Part shown: in pieces, positions 35,911 to 47,262 of the stretch
Layout: every line of letters starts with the position of its first letter
Position numbering within the stretch: position 1 is the first letter of the stretch
Assembly: GCF_964204645.1 (NCBI RefSeq)
Contig: NC_134026.1
Coordinates: forward strand, 19,846,467 to 19,910,466
Origin: Tubulanus polymorphus
Taxonomy: Eukaryota > Animalia > Nemertea
Length of the DNA stretch: 64,000 nucleotides
Direction of reading: 5' to 3'
Notes under the pieces: model-generated
The model's database searches: none
What the model saw: only the letters and a program-made list of their open reading frames with translations
Told to the model about the DNA's origin: nothing
Made by a program: the position numbers and the translations under genes

Positions 35911-36310
35911 GTATGTATTTCAATGTTTGCAACTTGGCTGATTCGAGCTATCGGTGGGCGTCGTTGCGGGCCGTCTTCGGGCGGTGCTTTCGGGGTTACG
36001 AGCCCCTGTCGAGCGGCGCTGAAAAGACTTCGAACCCAGAAGCCGAAACGCGAAATTATTCGCAGACGACTTAGATCTCGGTCGTGTCGCACTCGGCAGA
36101 GCAGCTACCACACTGCGAACCGTTATGTCCTTTGACCGATGGATTTGTCCCGGGGGCGGCCCGTCCAGGGAGAATGTCTGGGGTAATAGGTCGTTCATTT
36201 CCGAGGCAGAAAGATTGCCATTATCTGGTCCCGAATCAGCCACTCAAATGTTTGGTCTCTATTTTCTAATCGGCAGCGAATATAGTGCTAAATTTCCTTG
36301 AATATTGTAG

Positions 36311-36440
36311 ACGTTCTCGAAGAAACTGCTTGCGAGAATCAAGGAAACCGATGCGCACAGGGTTGAACATTTCAAGAATGGTTTAAACGATTTAACTAAA
36401 AACCTTATTGCTGATTTCGACGCATCAAAATTCTATGCCA
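36311..36440 (+). CDS. TPT1: TCTP paralog B, exon 4: TFSKKLLARIKETDAHRVEHFKNGLNDLTKNLIADFDASKFYA
   Basis: Acceptor aatattgtag; donor A|gttagt. Paralogous to 29520-29649. Confidence 0.8.
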
Positions 36441-36519
36441 GTTAGTAAAAACGCTGTCTATATTACAGTCGCATTTTCATTCAACCAATGCTCTATGTTT
36501 CGTCATTTTAATCTTGCAG

Positions 36520-36641
36520 CTAAAGATGATGAATTCGATTTGGAAGGCGGTATTTATGTGCTCAGATTTCTCGACCTCGTCAATAAAGAACAGCCATATT
36601 TGACTGTGTTGAAAGCGGCGGGTTCTTTTGTGACGTTTTGA
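36520..36641 (+). CDS. TPT1: TCTP paralog B, terminal exon: (T)KDDEFDLEGGIYVLRFLDLVNKEQPYLTVLKAAGSFVTF*
   Basis: Acceptor atcttgcag; stop TGA at 36639-41. Paralogous to 29730-29851. Confidence 0.8.
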
Positions 36642-37814
36642 GTTTTGGTTGCCGTCTATAGCAACTTGTTGTTTTGTGTAGAACTGTATTCGTCAGTCGT
36701 GTTTGTAAAGTAATTAGCCATGGCCTCACTGTCTTCGGCATGTTGTTGCTCAAATTCTCTGCTCACTGTCTGTCAGCTTTGTTTTTCATACCAAGGTTTT
36801 TTTTGTTATTATGCGGGAATTTAAATAAGGTATAGTCGATATAGAATGGGACACACTTGTTTCGGTCGGAAGCCGGGAAAGGGATTTTATCTAAATTGAT
36901 CGTTGACGACTGTGGATTTATTTGCCGAGCTAGTTCCCAAGCTCAGTGAAAATTCTAATTACTTTACCACCACGCAAATCTAATCCAAGCAAGCCTCAGA
37001 ATGACGACGCATTATGATGTATAATCCGATAATAAAGTCTGTTGTAGAGACATGATGATAATAATGTTAACGATAGTAATGGCAGATGCTTTTAAGCTTT
37101 CGCTCGCTTTTCGATGGACGCATGCTCAAAGCCCGGTTAATGCGTATGGAAAAAGCTGATTGCTTCATGTGTCCAAAAGAAAATATGAAATGCGGAACAG
37201 ATTATAACACCGCCGGTTTCTAGCCGATTAACTTCCACAATGCTTACGACCCAGGGTGGTGTCAGTGGAGGGGCCGTACCAACCGTTATAGATTCCAATT
37301 TCACTGTACTCCACACTTAATGTTTTTCATTATTCATGCCATCAAGTTGATGTAAATATTGTTATAAAGTTGATGAAATAAACTTCTATGAAAAGCCACT
37401 TTATAGAAATCAGTCGATATCGAATGTACGTAAGATATGAATCGTGCATATTTTACTTTCTTAAACCCTTTTTTCTCAAGGGGCCTGAACGTCGTAGTGA
37501 TTGTACAGCCTAAGGCTCTGCTGAGGTCGCTATCATCAATCGTCGTAAAAGCAACCGGACAACAATCGAAAATTTGGCACAAAAGTTTTGTGCCAAATTT
37601 TCGATACTTGAAGGTGTCTTTCCGATACTTGAAGGTGTCCTGAGTTCACATAAGTATGTTCGGTGCCAAGCTCTAAAAACATTCATTTTCCTGTTCACTC
37701 GAGTGAATTGCAGACCATCACGTTTATTGTTGGGGCGCTAATTTCACATAAAATTGGAGAATTCGTTCGCATTAGAACATCAATTTATAACGTATACATG
37801 TACTTAATTTTAGC

Positions 37815-38108
37815 AAAAGGTTAGGGTCCAGTTATATTGGCCGGGGTGCCAACCGGCGACTATTCACAGGCGCGAACCCACTACTGCTCGACGCGGGATC
37901 TTTCCACCCTGGGCCGATTCGATCCTCCTTAGACAACCTGGTCAGCCTAGGCTCCCCGTGCTGGCCATATTGACGCCGAGCTTAGCGCGGACGCCCGGTC
38001 GAACGACATAGACCGACGACTGACAGTAATGTTATCCCGGCTTCAAGCTGTCCACCAAACCAAGCCTCCAAGTCGCTGGATTACAGGAGTGCGCCACGAC
38101 TCGCAGCT
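37815..38108 (-). ncRNA. RN7SL: 7SL RNA (signal recognition particle RNA) gene, about 290 nt
   Basis: Plus strand reads ...ctattcacaggcgcgaacccactactg...cctgggccgattcgatcctccttagacaacctggtcag...ccatattgacgccgagcttagcgcggacgcccggtcg...gcctccaagtcgctggattacaggagtgcgccacgactcgcagc. This is collinear with reverse-complemented human 7SL over both the Alu and S domains. Minus-strand TTTT terminator at about 37814-37820. TAAATA lies about 30 bp upstream of the minus-strand 5' end. Confidence 0.8.
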
Positions 38109-41100
38109 AGTAATAGTGCGCTCGTTTGTGGTATTTACCAGACAAACACCAGATGACACCGATTTACATTGTTACTGGCGCCTTTTAAATCAAATCAGTT
38201 CATTAGATAAAGGGCATAGGGCCAGTACGCATACATATACACACATACGTAACTGGGCTCTTTTTCACATTCTTGCTCCTTCACCCGAATTCAAAGTTCC
38301 CTTTTCCCATGGCCCGCTGAAAACTCACTTTCGCACTCAATATCCCCACTCGACATTCTATGAAACCGGAATTCGCCAAGTACCACGGGACGAATAACTT
38401 AGAGTATACATTAGTTATAAAATCAGAATAGCTGTTCGTGAACATATTCATATTTTTATCTATATAATAGAAGCAGGTATTTCAAAAGCCCCCTATTGAA
38501 ATGTTGGTAACCGCGTTCGAATGCTAGTTTGTGGGAAAAAAGGGCGAATTGAAGACTTGGTAGGTGTAATCAGCGCAGCGTAGAATTCATTAAAAGCATT
38601 AGCGTCACAATCGTTTCTATGTGAATGAACCATCATAGCTATAGCCTGCAATCCGCAACTGACCGATGTCACATTGTTCATGGACGCCCATCATTGTAGG
38701 GAAATTCTAGACAACGGATAGCGTTTTGCTGAAACTTGTGAAACTGCATTTGAATTGAAAGTTCCATCAAAGCATTTTATGCGATGAAATTTATTAGAAT
38801 GAAACCAAAAGAAGGTTTTCTCTTACATCCCTGTAGGCCTACAGTATGTTTGTACTAAACATTGAAACCCCTCCCACAACAGAGGTAAGCATTAATTGAT
38901 TGAATACCCCCTTGGTGTAGATAACACAGAAACTTAGGATTTCCTGGTTACTGCCCTGTGTATTTCTATGTGGTTGAATAATAAACAGATGCTGTGACCT
39001 GTACGGAAGAGCAATGCGGCCAACAGCATTTTATTTTCAGTTCAAAAAGTCGACTTTTCGAAATAGTAATTCGACTTTTCGACTTAATAAGTCGACTCTA
39101 ACCACACTGTCATTGTAAACATGGCGGATGTTTATTTGACCGGGCACTTTCCGAACTAAACAGGGCACATTTTTACAATAGGCGGATGTATAATCATTGT
39201 GTGCAAAAAGGGCAATTTGCTGCAAACATTAACATGTTTTTCCTTGCAAAAGAAACTCAAATGCTTGAATATTGCATCTGCAGGGCTTTTTAATTTTCCT
39301 TCGGAGCTCGCCACTCGTGGATAGTTCTTCTTTACAATAATTAGTGCCCTTCTTACCCCTCCCTCCTATTATATCCATATATGCCCTGGATGCGCCCCTG
39401 CGTATCGATCCTTCTATATGAATGAACTACGTTTCTTTTTTTTCTATTTGTTTTTATGTTTTTTTATAAACAATACTATCATCAGGAGAATATAGTTGAA
39501 TCAAACTTAAACTAAGTCAACGACGGCTCAATAATGTATGGAAATTCTCCTAATGATGTGCACGGCGGCAGCACCTTTCGGTGTGAGAATGGTATTTCCA
39601 TTCCACATTGGAACCTATGCATATTTTGCAACCACGGTCGAGATGCCATGCTTTACGATAATGCTGCGTTTAAAGGTGATTGGTTTCTGTATTTGTTCAT
39701 CAGGGGCGTTTAATATTGAATGTGTCCCTGGACCCCTCGTTGTTAGTTCGATGGTCATTCGGGACCACGGTCGGACAGTCGTCAAGGACTGGGGTTGCAG
39801 TTGGGACCGGTCCCTTCCGGTTTGAAATAAGGCGACAAACAATGAATTGAAACAGAACTGTTATAATCAGTTTTACTCGCTTTGCGCTACAGGCATTTAT
39901 TTCATAGATAACAGAAAATATAAGCAGCATTTCAAATAAAATACATTTCAATTGATTGAAAATTATTGATTTATTATATGAAATTAAATAAATGAATCCA
40001 TCAAGAAATCCTAATTCTAATCGATTAATCTAATCAGCCAATCAGCAGTGTTCATTTTCAACACGAGTTGATTTGAAATCGATCGCGTCCAATTAAGAAA
40101 ATAATCATTTTGAAAAAAACATTCGTTGAAAATGCTACGATTAGAGAAGATAAGATATATTACACCCTAACCACACTAAGTGGGACATAGGGGATTACAG
40201 TATTTATAACAGAAAGAAAAGAAAATTAGCATTATCACATAGAATGCTATTATCATAATATATTGCACATCAGTTTTGTCAAATTTGTATACCTTTTTCC
40301 AATGATGAATCACATAGTTCTGAAAGAGACTACTACAAAAAAATTACAACTTAGTTTTGAACGTTGCTTTCACAAATTCAGCAATTTTCGTCAGGAGATT
40401 TAAATTTTCAGATCTCATCATCGCGATTAATCTTTCCAAAGGTGAGCAGCATAGAATAGAGTTGAATATCAAATTCAAAAAATAGTATCAAGTTTTGGAC
40501 ACATGATGAAAACCATCGTCAACAGTTTTGAGATGAAATCTCATACATAACCTCAAACGCCTCTCCTCATTTGAAAAATAATAACTAATCATAAGTCGAA
40601 AATTCCAAATGGTAAACAATGCCGCTTTTCATCTCTGAGTGAATCTATGTACATTTCTTTTCCGTGACTATTTTAGATACATAATATAAGGAGAATTGCT
40701 GTTTAGATTGAACATAATGTTAACCATTTATTTCTCTGATTATTTTCTATGGCAGTACGTATATTATTTTTTTCACAGATTTCCCGTTTTGTAAGTCCCA
40801 GATTCCATTCCCAATGCCGTACAAATTTTCTTTTACGTGCGAAATGTTTTACACAATGCCCTCTTTATTCTACGGTAGTCACCTAAGCGTAATCACGAGA
40901 GAGGTGAACCAGGTTTACAACAGTTCTAGCCTAACAAAGCAACTTAAAGTCCAATCTCTAATTTTACTTAAACCACCTAACACCGGAAACAACCATAACG
41001 AGTATCACCATATTCATCCTGTAGATGGTAGCACTGTTACAATAGTCGTAATCAAATTTCAAATTTCATAATCAGATGTGCAGCAATACACTAGGGCCGA

Positions 41101-41275
41101 GTTCACGTTTTCTCCCCTGATGATGTCTAATGACTTGCTGCAATCCTTGAAGCAACCTCGAACAAACGCTGAAAATCTGTAAGCCACTTTCTAAAATAAA
41201 ACAAACGGACGTGAGTTAAAAACCGGCGACTTAGCAACTAACTTCGCCGGGAGGTAATTAAATCAGCTCACTTAC

Positions 41276-41460
41276 CCCGCATTGATAACCTTCAGGACAC
41301 GTTATGTTCAGTATGTTCTCTTTGTAAAATTTATGCAATTCAGGTCTTGGCTTGGCAGTCGCACCTGTTGCGTCTTCTGGATCAAATTTACCGCGTGAGC
41401 ATCCTTCCGTAAAATAAAGCTCTCTTCCGGTCTCGTTTGCGGCGTTAGATATAAAACCAC
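41276..41460 (-). CDS. Exon of an unidentified minus-strand gene: (S)GFISNAANETGRELYFTEGCSRGKFDPEDATGATAKPRPELHKFYKENILNITCPEGYQCG
   Basis: Minus acceptor tttgattcag and donor GGG|gtaagtgag. In phase with the exon at 42176-42271. No family recognised. Confidence 0.5.
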
Positions 41461-41961
41461 CTGAATCAAATAACAAAACATTTACACTGTGGCGACATCA
41501 GCAACACTCCCCTAAATTCTCCCCTAAAACTTCAAGAAGCTTTTTCAAATTATCAAAACTTATGGTGTATAAGTGGCATGGAAACTGTTAACGTTAAACA
41601 TTTAAATCGAGTCACTTTTCTTTATTAAACCCTGCATTCAATGAAGACTTTTGGCAATCCTTCAATGTAGTGTAAAATGGATTAAAAGACGTTGTTTTAG
41701 TTCAACTGCCAGTAAAGTCTGGAGTCCTATTACCACCTACCAGGGGCCAGTTGCTCAAAAGTTGGAAAGATAAGCAACCCCGTTATAAATCCTTGGACGC
41801 AGTTTGTCAAAGCGTCACGATTCATCTACGAAACGCGTGGTATACATAGGTTATTATGAACAGATATTACCGGTACTTGGTAACTATACAGACATAACCA
41901 TATATTCTAACGTTTTGTCATGTATAACCGAAACTGACTGAGGTAGCCCACCAAATGCACA

Positions 41962-42112
41962 GGGGCTCGTATCATAAGTTTGGGGGTAAACAGTAGCTCA
42001 GATCATCCAGTATCCCTGGTACTATATATAGTTCTTTTTATATATGGTACCAGGGATACTGGATGATCTAAGCTACAGTTCACCCCCAAACTTATGATAC
42101 GAGCCCCCGTGA
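41962..42112. repeat. Near-perfect long palindrome (arms of about 70 bp) at the edge of the unidentified gene
   Basis: gggctcgtatcataagtttgggggtaaacagtagctcagatcatccagtatccctggtacta | tatata... | ...taccagggatactggatgatctaagctacagttcacccccaaacttatgatacgagccc. Confidence 0.85.
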
Positions 42113-42175
42113 CCAAATGTGCTCTCAAGTCAAGTTGAAATAGACATAAGATATTGATGTGACAAATGAACTTAC

Positions 42176-42271
42176 TTTCTTCAGCTAATCGTTTAATCTT
42201 ATCATATTGTGTCTTATAACCGTCTTCATGATATTCACAAGATGCGCAGACCATGTCTTGAACAGCTGACG
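42176..42271 (-). CDS. Exon of the same unidentified minus-strand gene: (x)SAVQDMVCASCEYHEDGYKTQYDKIKRLAEE
   Basis: Minus acceptor ctatttcag and donor GAAGAAA|gtaagttc. Its phase-1 end matches the 2-nt start of the exon at 41460. Confidence 0.5.
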
Positions 42272-45200
42272 CTGAAATAGATGAACCTAGGACCTACAAC
42301 TTTAATGCGGTAGAATCTCTGGTAAAATGACAAAACTGATCATGGAAATCGTCTGAACAGAAAATAAAGTGGCGTTCTAAATAATTGATATATTCTATAA
42401 GTACATAAACCATAATTTCCAAATATGGCATTTGGCAAAATTCAGTATCATCTATGAGGTCAGGGTCAAGGTCAAGCCCCGTTGGCCACTCACAGAGGTT
42501 GGCTGAGTTTCCTTTTTTTATAGTGGAAAACTTTCTTATCAATCAATGTATTTTTGGAATAAAATGTATTTCCAAGATATTAAGAATAATATCATGGATA
42601 ATGAATGTGAATAAGTACTCCTTCACATATATAAGTGTTCCTTTCAGTATTTAAAAAAGTTTCTACAATAACTACATTTTTAAGGTTAACTTCTGAGAAA
42701 TGCCCTTCCCTCAAATCTTGAAATATATCAAAACTGATCTTTCAGGTTCGATTTAGTAAAATTGATAGATAAAAAAGTTTCAAAATTTAGTGCGGCAGGC
42801 ATAATTCCATTCACTGATTTTCATACTTAATGCTTTAGTTCCACCCGTTAATGTAAAAATTTCTCGGGTTCAAGCCAAGTATAGCGTGGAATAGTTCCCC
42901 GCGCAAAGATACATTAAAAAAGGAGTAATTCGAATGCGCACTCTTTCTCAAATGCGTTTTCTACCAACATACAGACAAACAGACATACCGACAAACTGGC
43001 ATGACAAAAAAATCTTTCGGGGGGGGGGGGGTAATTCGTCTACGAACTTTGCGTTTTTCGACTTACACACCGACAAACCGACATACCCATAGTCGGTTTG
43101 TCAGTATGTCAAAATATATGACGCGTGACTAATCTATTTTTGGACAACCCTGTATTCAATATGGCGGGATATCATTTAAGTGTGAGCAGTCCATCAGTTA
43201 TATGTATCGTCCCCCCAGACACGTGGCGCCCCTGTCAAGGCAAGGCCTATAAGCTTGACTTAACAAATCGACTGATGATTTTTTAAATGACCAACGGGTG
43301 GATTTAAAGTGCAAAAATCGTCACTAAAATTTAGTCAGATTGATTTCTACTCAATAAGATTTGCAAGTCCGTAGATAGCGTTTTGCCACTTTACTGTACG
43401 CTGCCTAAAATGTCCATTTCAACTTTGCTTGAGAGGATCTGGTGGATTCATTTTAGTAGCACGTACTAGAATAGGTCGTGATAGAACCAGCACCCAGATG
43501 GGTAGCTTAACTAAAACATTGTTTTTAATCCATTTTACACTGTATTGAAGGATTGAAAAAAGTCTTCATTGAAACGGGTTAAATCATAGAAAAGAAACAC
43601 CATTTATCAGTTTAACGATGCAATATGTTTAATTACCAAAAATTATGGTATGTAGGCATGGAAACATATCGTGGAACATTCAAATTATGGAGTCACTCAA
43701 CCACATTCAAAGAAGACTTGTCAATATAATCCATCAATAAAGTTTAAGATGTATTAAAATCTGATTAAAATCAACATCAGGCTGAGGCAAAGTTGAAAAA
43801 GACATCAGACAGCCGAAATAGATACAAAAATCAAGAATGCGATTTACTACCTCAATACGTTTTTGATCATATTCTATTCTGGGACGGGAAACACAGTGCT
43901 TATCATCACGTTAAAATACCCTGAACAAATTTACCATGAGAAAACAGGACAAGTTAAACTGCTGCCGCCGCCACAAACATTATCTGTAACTGATCCATCC
44001 TTCCGTAGAGTCCTCTGTTACCAGTAGAACTGCTGTCGTCTGTATCCAGTAGAACTGATAGTCTGCCTCTCACGGGTGCTCTCCTATCTCAGCGGACACC
44101 GTTTGAGCTTCACAAAATATTTAGAAGTTATAGATAATGAAGGCGGTTTGAAGAATTTAATTTTATTCTATGAAAACAATTTTCAGTTGAACAAGAACGG
44201 ATTTAATACATTATATAATAGTAATCTGAATTTTAAAATTCCTGGAGCTAGACTACATCCCTCTTTCCCGACTAAAGAACACTTTACTGAATTGCTGAAA
44301 CATAGAGATACAGTCAAAACTGATTCTTCTGGACTAGAAACTATTCCATTAATTTCATCAGCTCAATTTCAGCCGGAAAAAAACTCGTAATATATAAATA
44401 TAATTAAATTCGTTCACTCTAAAACATGATCGATTATTTCATACCAAACGACCAGTTATAATTAAAGTTATAATTTTTATTTTGTCTTCCCTAAGCCGCG
44501 CATTGTATGGTTGTCACTAACAGTTACACATATCATTGTTTTATATTGTTTAATTTGAATATCGTTACTACTGTGGCAAAAAGCTAGCCGATAAAAACAA
44601 AGTATATACAGTGAAAATATTTATGATTTCGTGTAATTCTATTTTTACTGATAACTGAGGAGGGTTGGCTCGAAATTTCGATGTAAATAAATGTATCTCG
44701 TATACAAGTATTGTAACCATGATGATGATGATGACGATGATGATGATATTCGAATAAAGTTAAGATGATGATTTAACAACCAGTTATATTCTTGATTAGC
44801 ACAAAGATGGGGAGTCTTAGACAGTTACTCTAGTTATACGCAAAGGAAACTCTATTGACTAGTCGTCACGGGTCGATCACTCTGCTTTGCTCTGAGCACT
44901 TGTCAACGCTTTTTGCAAACGCAAAATTCAACGATGATACTCCACCTGTTTATATCGCTGCTCACCTGTAAATGCAAAACAATAGATGGAATTTGACGGT
45001 CTCAAACAAATCCCTTCGTCCACCTACTAGTGTAAGTATAAATACAATACCGAAATATTTAAGTGAACACCGTATACGTTATAACAACGCTCTACCGACA
45101 GCTACCTACAGCTTTCAGCAAAGAAACAGTCATCCGGCGAATTCCGCATAGAAAATGAAAGGAAAGGAGAATTTTGTTCATGGTTCAAGTGAAAACGGTC

Positions 45201-45299
45201 CACCTGGTAAATATAAACCGACTTTCCGAAAGAACAAAACCACTTTAAAGTATAAGAAGCGTTATTACATCATATTTCATTTCGTAAAAGGTCTAATTT

Positions 45300-45470
45300 A
45301 CAACTATAGCGATGTATATACCAGTCAACCCCCGATATACCGCCCTCCCATTCACCGCCAGTCCCACCTACAGCCATGTACATCTCAATACAAATACATA
45401 GTAAAACACCCCCGATATACCTCGATAATCGTTGTGCACCGATGTGGGCAGTATATCGGGTATTGATCAC
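45300..45470. mobile_element. MITE family B copy (TIR cagtcaacccccgatata ... tatatcggg)
   Basis: Shares cagtcaacccccgatatacc...cacatcggtgcagaacgattttgg...tatatcggg with 46960-47100 and 50663-50786. Confidence 0.6.
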
Positions 45471-45752
45471 TGTATATGCCTTCGATAAAACGAATGCGGT
45501 GCCTTTCCTGAAAAAGTTGTCTCAGATACGCTCCATGAAACCGATAAACTTTTCCCGGTTTCTCCGACGTAATCATTTCCTCTAATATAATTCGTTCCAC
45601 GAATTGAGAGATTTTCCACAACCCGTAAGGCCGCAAACTAACATAGTAAAAAACAGCGTTTAAATTTCACGGGCCCGTACATATTCATATACAATTTCAT
45701 CCGTAAGTGCATTAGATAATAGTAACGTAGGTTTTTTGCTTTGATTTTATAG

Positions 45753-46180
45753 GTTCGGTGTATTCGTGCCCAGTCTGCGCGCCTATAAAGATATTCTCCA
45801 GAAAAGACGCTTTGAAACGACACATGAAGAGACACGACGACAACGATGATTGGCTTCATTGCTCGATATGTTCGAGGCGATTTAGTCGTCGGGACTGTCT
45901 TCAGAGGCACTATAAAATGATACACGGAAGCGGTGTAAAATGTGACGCCATTCAACCGTCGACGTCAAAATCGTACACCCAGTCGTCAATGTCTCCTTCT
46001 ACTACACCATTAGAAAATGATGCTCAAAATAACAAGAAACGCAGGGCCGCGGCAAACGGGATGATTTCTGAACATGAAAGTACACAGAACTTTAGGCCTA
46101 TATATAATATAGTAATCAACGTTTATACAGTGGAACCTCGTTACAGCGATTTTTACGGGACCTGGAAATGTGTTTATTAA
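45753..46180 (+). CDS. C2H2 zinc-finger protein exon (two fingers): ..YSCPVCAPIKIFSRKDALKRHMKRH ... LHCSICSRRFSRRDCLQRHYKMIH.... The 3' end runs into a MITE.
   Basis: Acceptor ttgattttatag at 45741-52. Two C-x2-C-x12-H-x3-H motifs. The open frame continues into MITE sequence from 46128 (VEPRYSDFYGTW), so the native C-terminus is uncertain. Confidence 0.4.
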
Positions 46181-46286
46181 ACGAATCCGATAGTTCGTTA
46201 CATCCGGTAGTATGAAATTAATCAAATTTTCTTACCCGAGACGAAATTCTATATTTGTTATATCCGATGTATCCGAGGTTCCGCTG
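46128..46286. mobile_element. MITE family A copy (cagtggaacctcgtta ... cgaggttccgctg), 159 bp, TA target site duplication
   Basis: Same TIRs as 20545-20748. TA at 46126-27 and 46287-88. Confidence 0.75.
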
Positions 46287-46959
46287 TATGTATGCGGTTT
46301 TATCGCGTGTTGGAAAACGCGTGAACGTGAAATTTTGAATCACGTTTTATTGCGTAGCAATCATTGCACAAATGCAAAAATTCGTATGCAATTTTTATTG
46401 CATTTTTGAAAGTTATAATATGTGAATATAGCGTGTGAATATAGCGTTTGACATCATTCCTTATTCGTCTAAGAAAAGAATAAGAAAAACAGAAAAGAAA
46501 ATCGTCATTTTTACATTTTCTATTTACAAAATACATATTCTTATTCATATAGTACACATATATTCTTATTCATTTATATGTTATTTTTTACTAAATACTC
46601 CGAGGAACATATCCATGTTTTGATCATCGACAGGAATAATCGATTACGGACAATAAACACATTTACACCCAGGTGTGGTATATGGTGATCGGTATAGTAA
46701 AAACATTCTGGAAGTTTTAACAGTCCGGGTTCCGCTGTTTCGAAATCTATTTTGCGGAGGCATAGCCATTGCCCTAAACTAAGATCATCACCGTCGTGTC
46801 GATATCTGATGTCGGTATAAATACGTCAAGTATCGTGATGTGAAAATATTTTCACTATTAGTAAAAAGTTCGATCTTCCTAAATGCTGAACGAAAATATG
46901 GTCCTCATCTTTTTATACGTTCGTTTTCGTGCTCGATCTCGGCGAAACAGGATGCCCTA

Positions 46960-47100
46960 TGGGTCCATTCTTGCAAATGTAGCGAAACACCTGTCTTAGT
47001 AGGGTATACCGCCCACATCGGTGCAGAACGATTTTGGCGGCATAGAGAGTATAGCGGTATATCGGGTGTGATTTACTACGTATTTGTATAGTGATATACA
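46960..47100. mobile_element. MITE family B copy
   Basis: cgcccacatcggtgcagaacgattttggcggcatagagagtatagcggtatatcgggtg. Confidence 0.55.
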
Positions 47101-47164
47101 TAGAGAAAATCTGGCGGTAGGGCCACAACCGAAAAAATCTTGGGCGGGGCAATCACCAAAATGG

Positions 47165-47262
47165 GTAGGTAGGTAGGGATTTTTTTTCTTTATATAGAAA
47201 ATACAATTTTGGGGGATTTTTTCTCTTTTTATAGAAAATCCAATTTTGGGTATACTTCTGAA
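47165..47262. repeat. Two-copy tandem repeat of about 48 bp
   Basis: gattttttttctttatatagaaaatacaattttgggg / gattttttctctttttatagaaaatccaattttggg. Confidence 0.7.

Noticed and set aside
37830-38110. Strong similarity to primate Alu sequence (possible human contamination or SINE)
   Set aside because: The similarity extends over the S domain as well as the Alu domain, with a terminator and upstream TATA. It is therefore an endogenous 7SL RNA gene, from which Alu derives, not an Alu.
38029-38397. 122-aa plus-strand ORF (MLSRLQAVHQTKPPSRWITGVRHDSQ..)
   Set aside because: Overlaps the minus-strand 7SL RNA gene; spurious.
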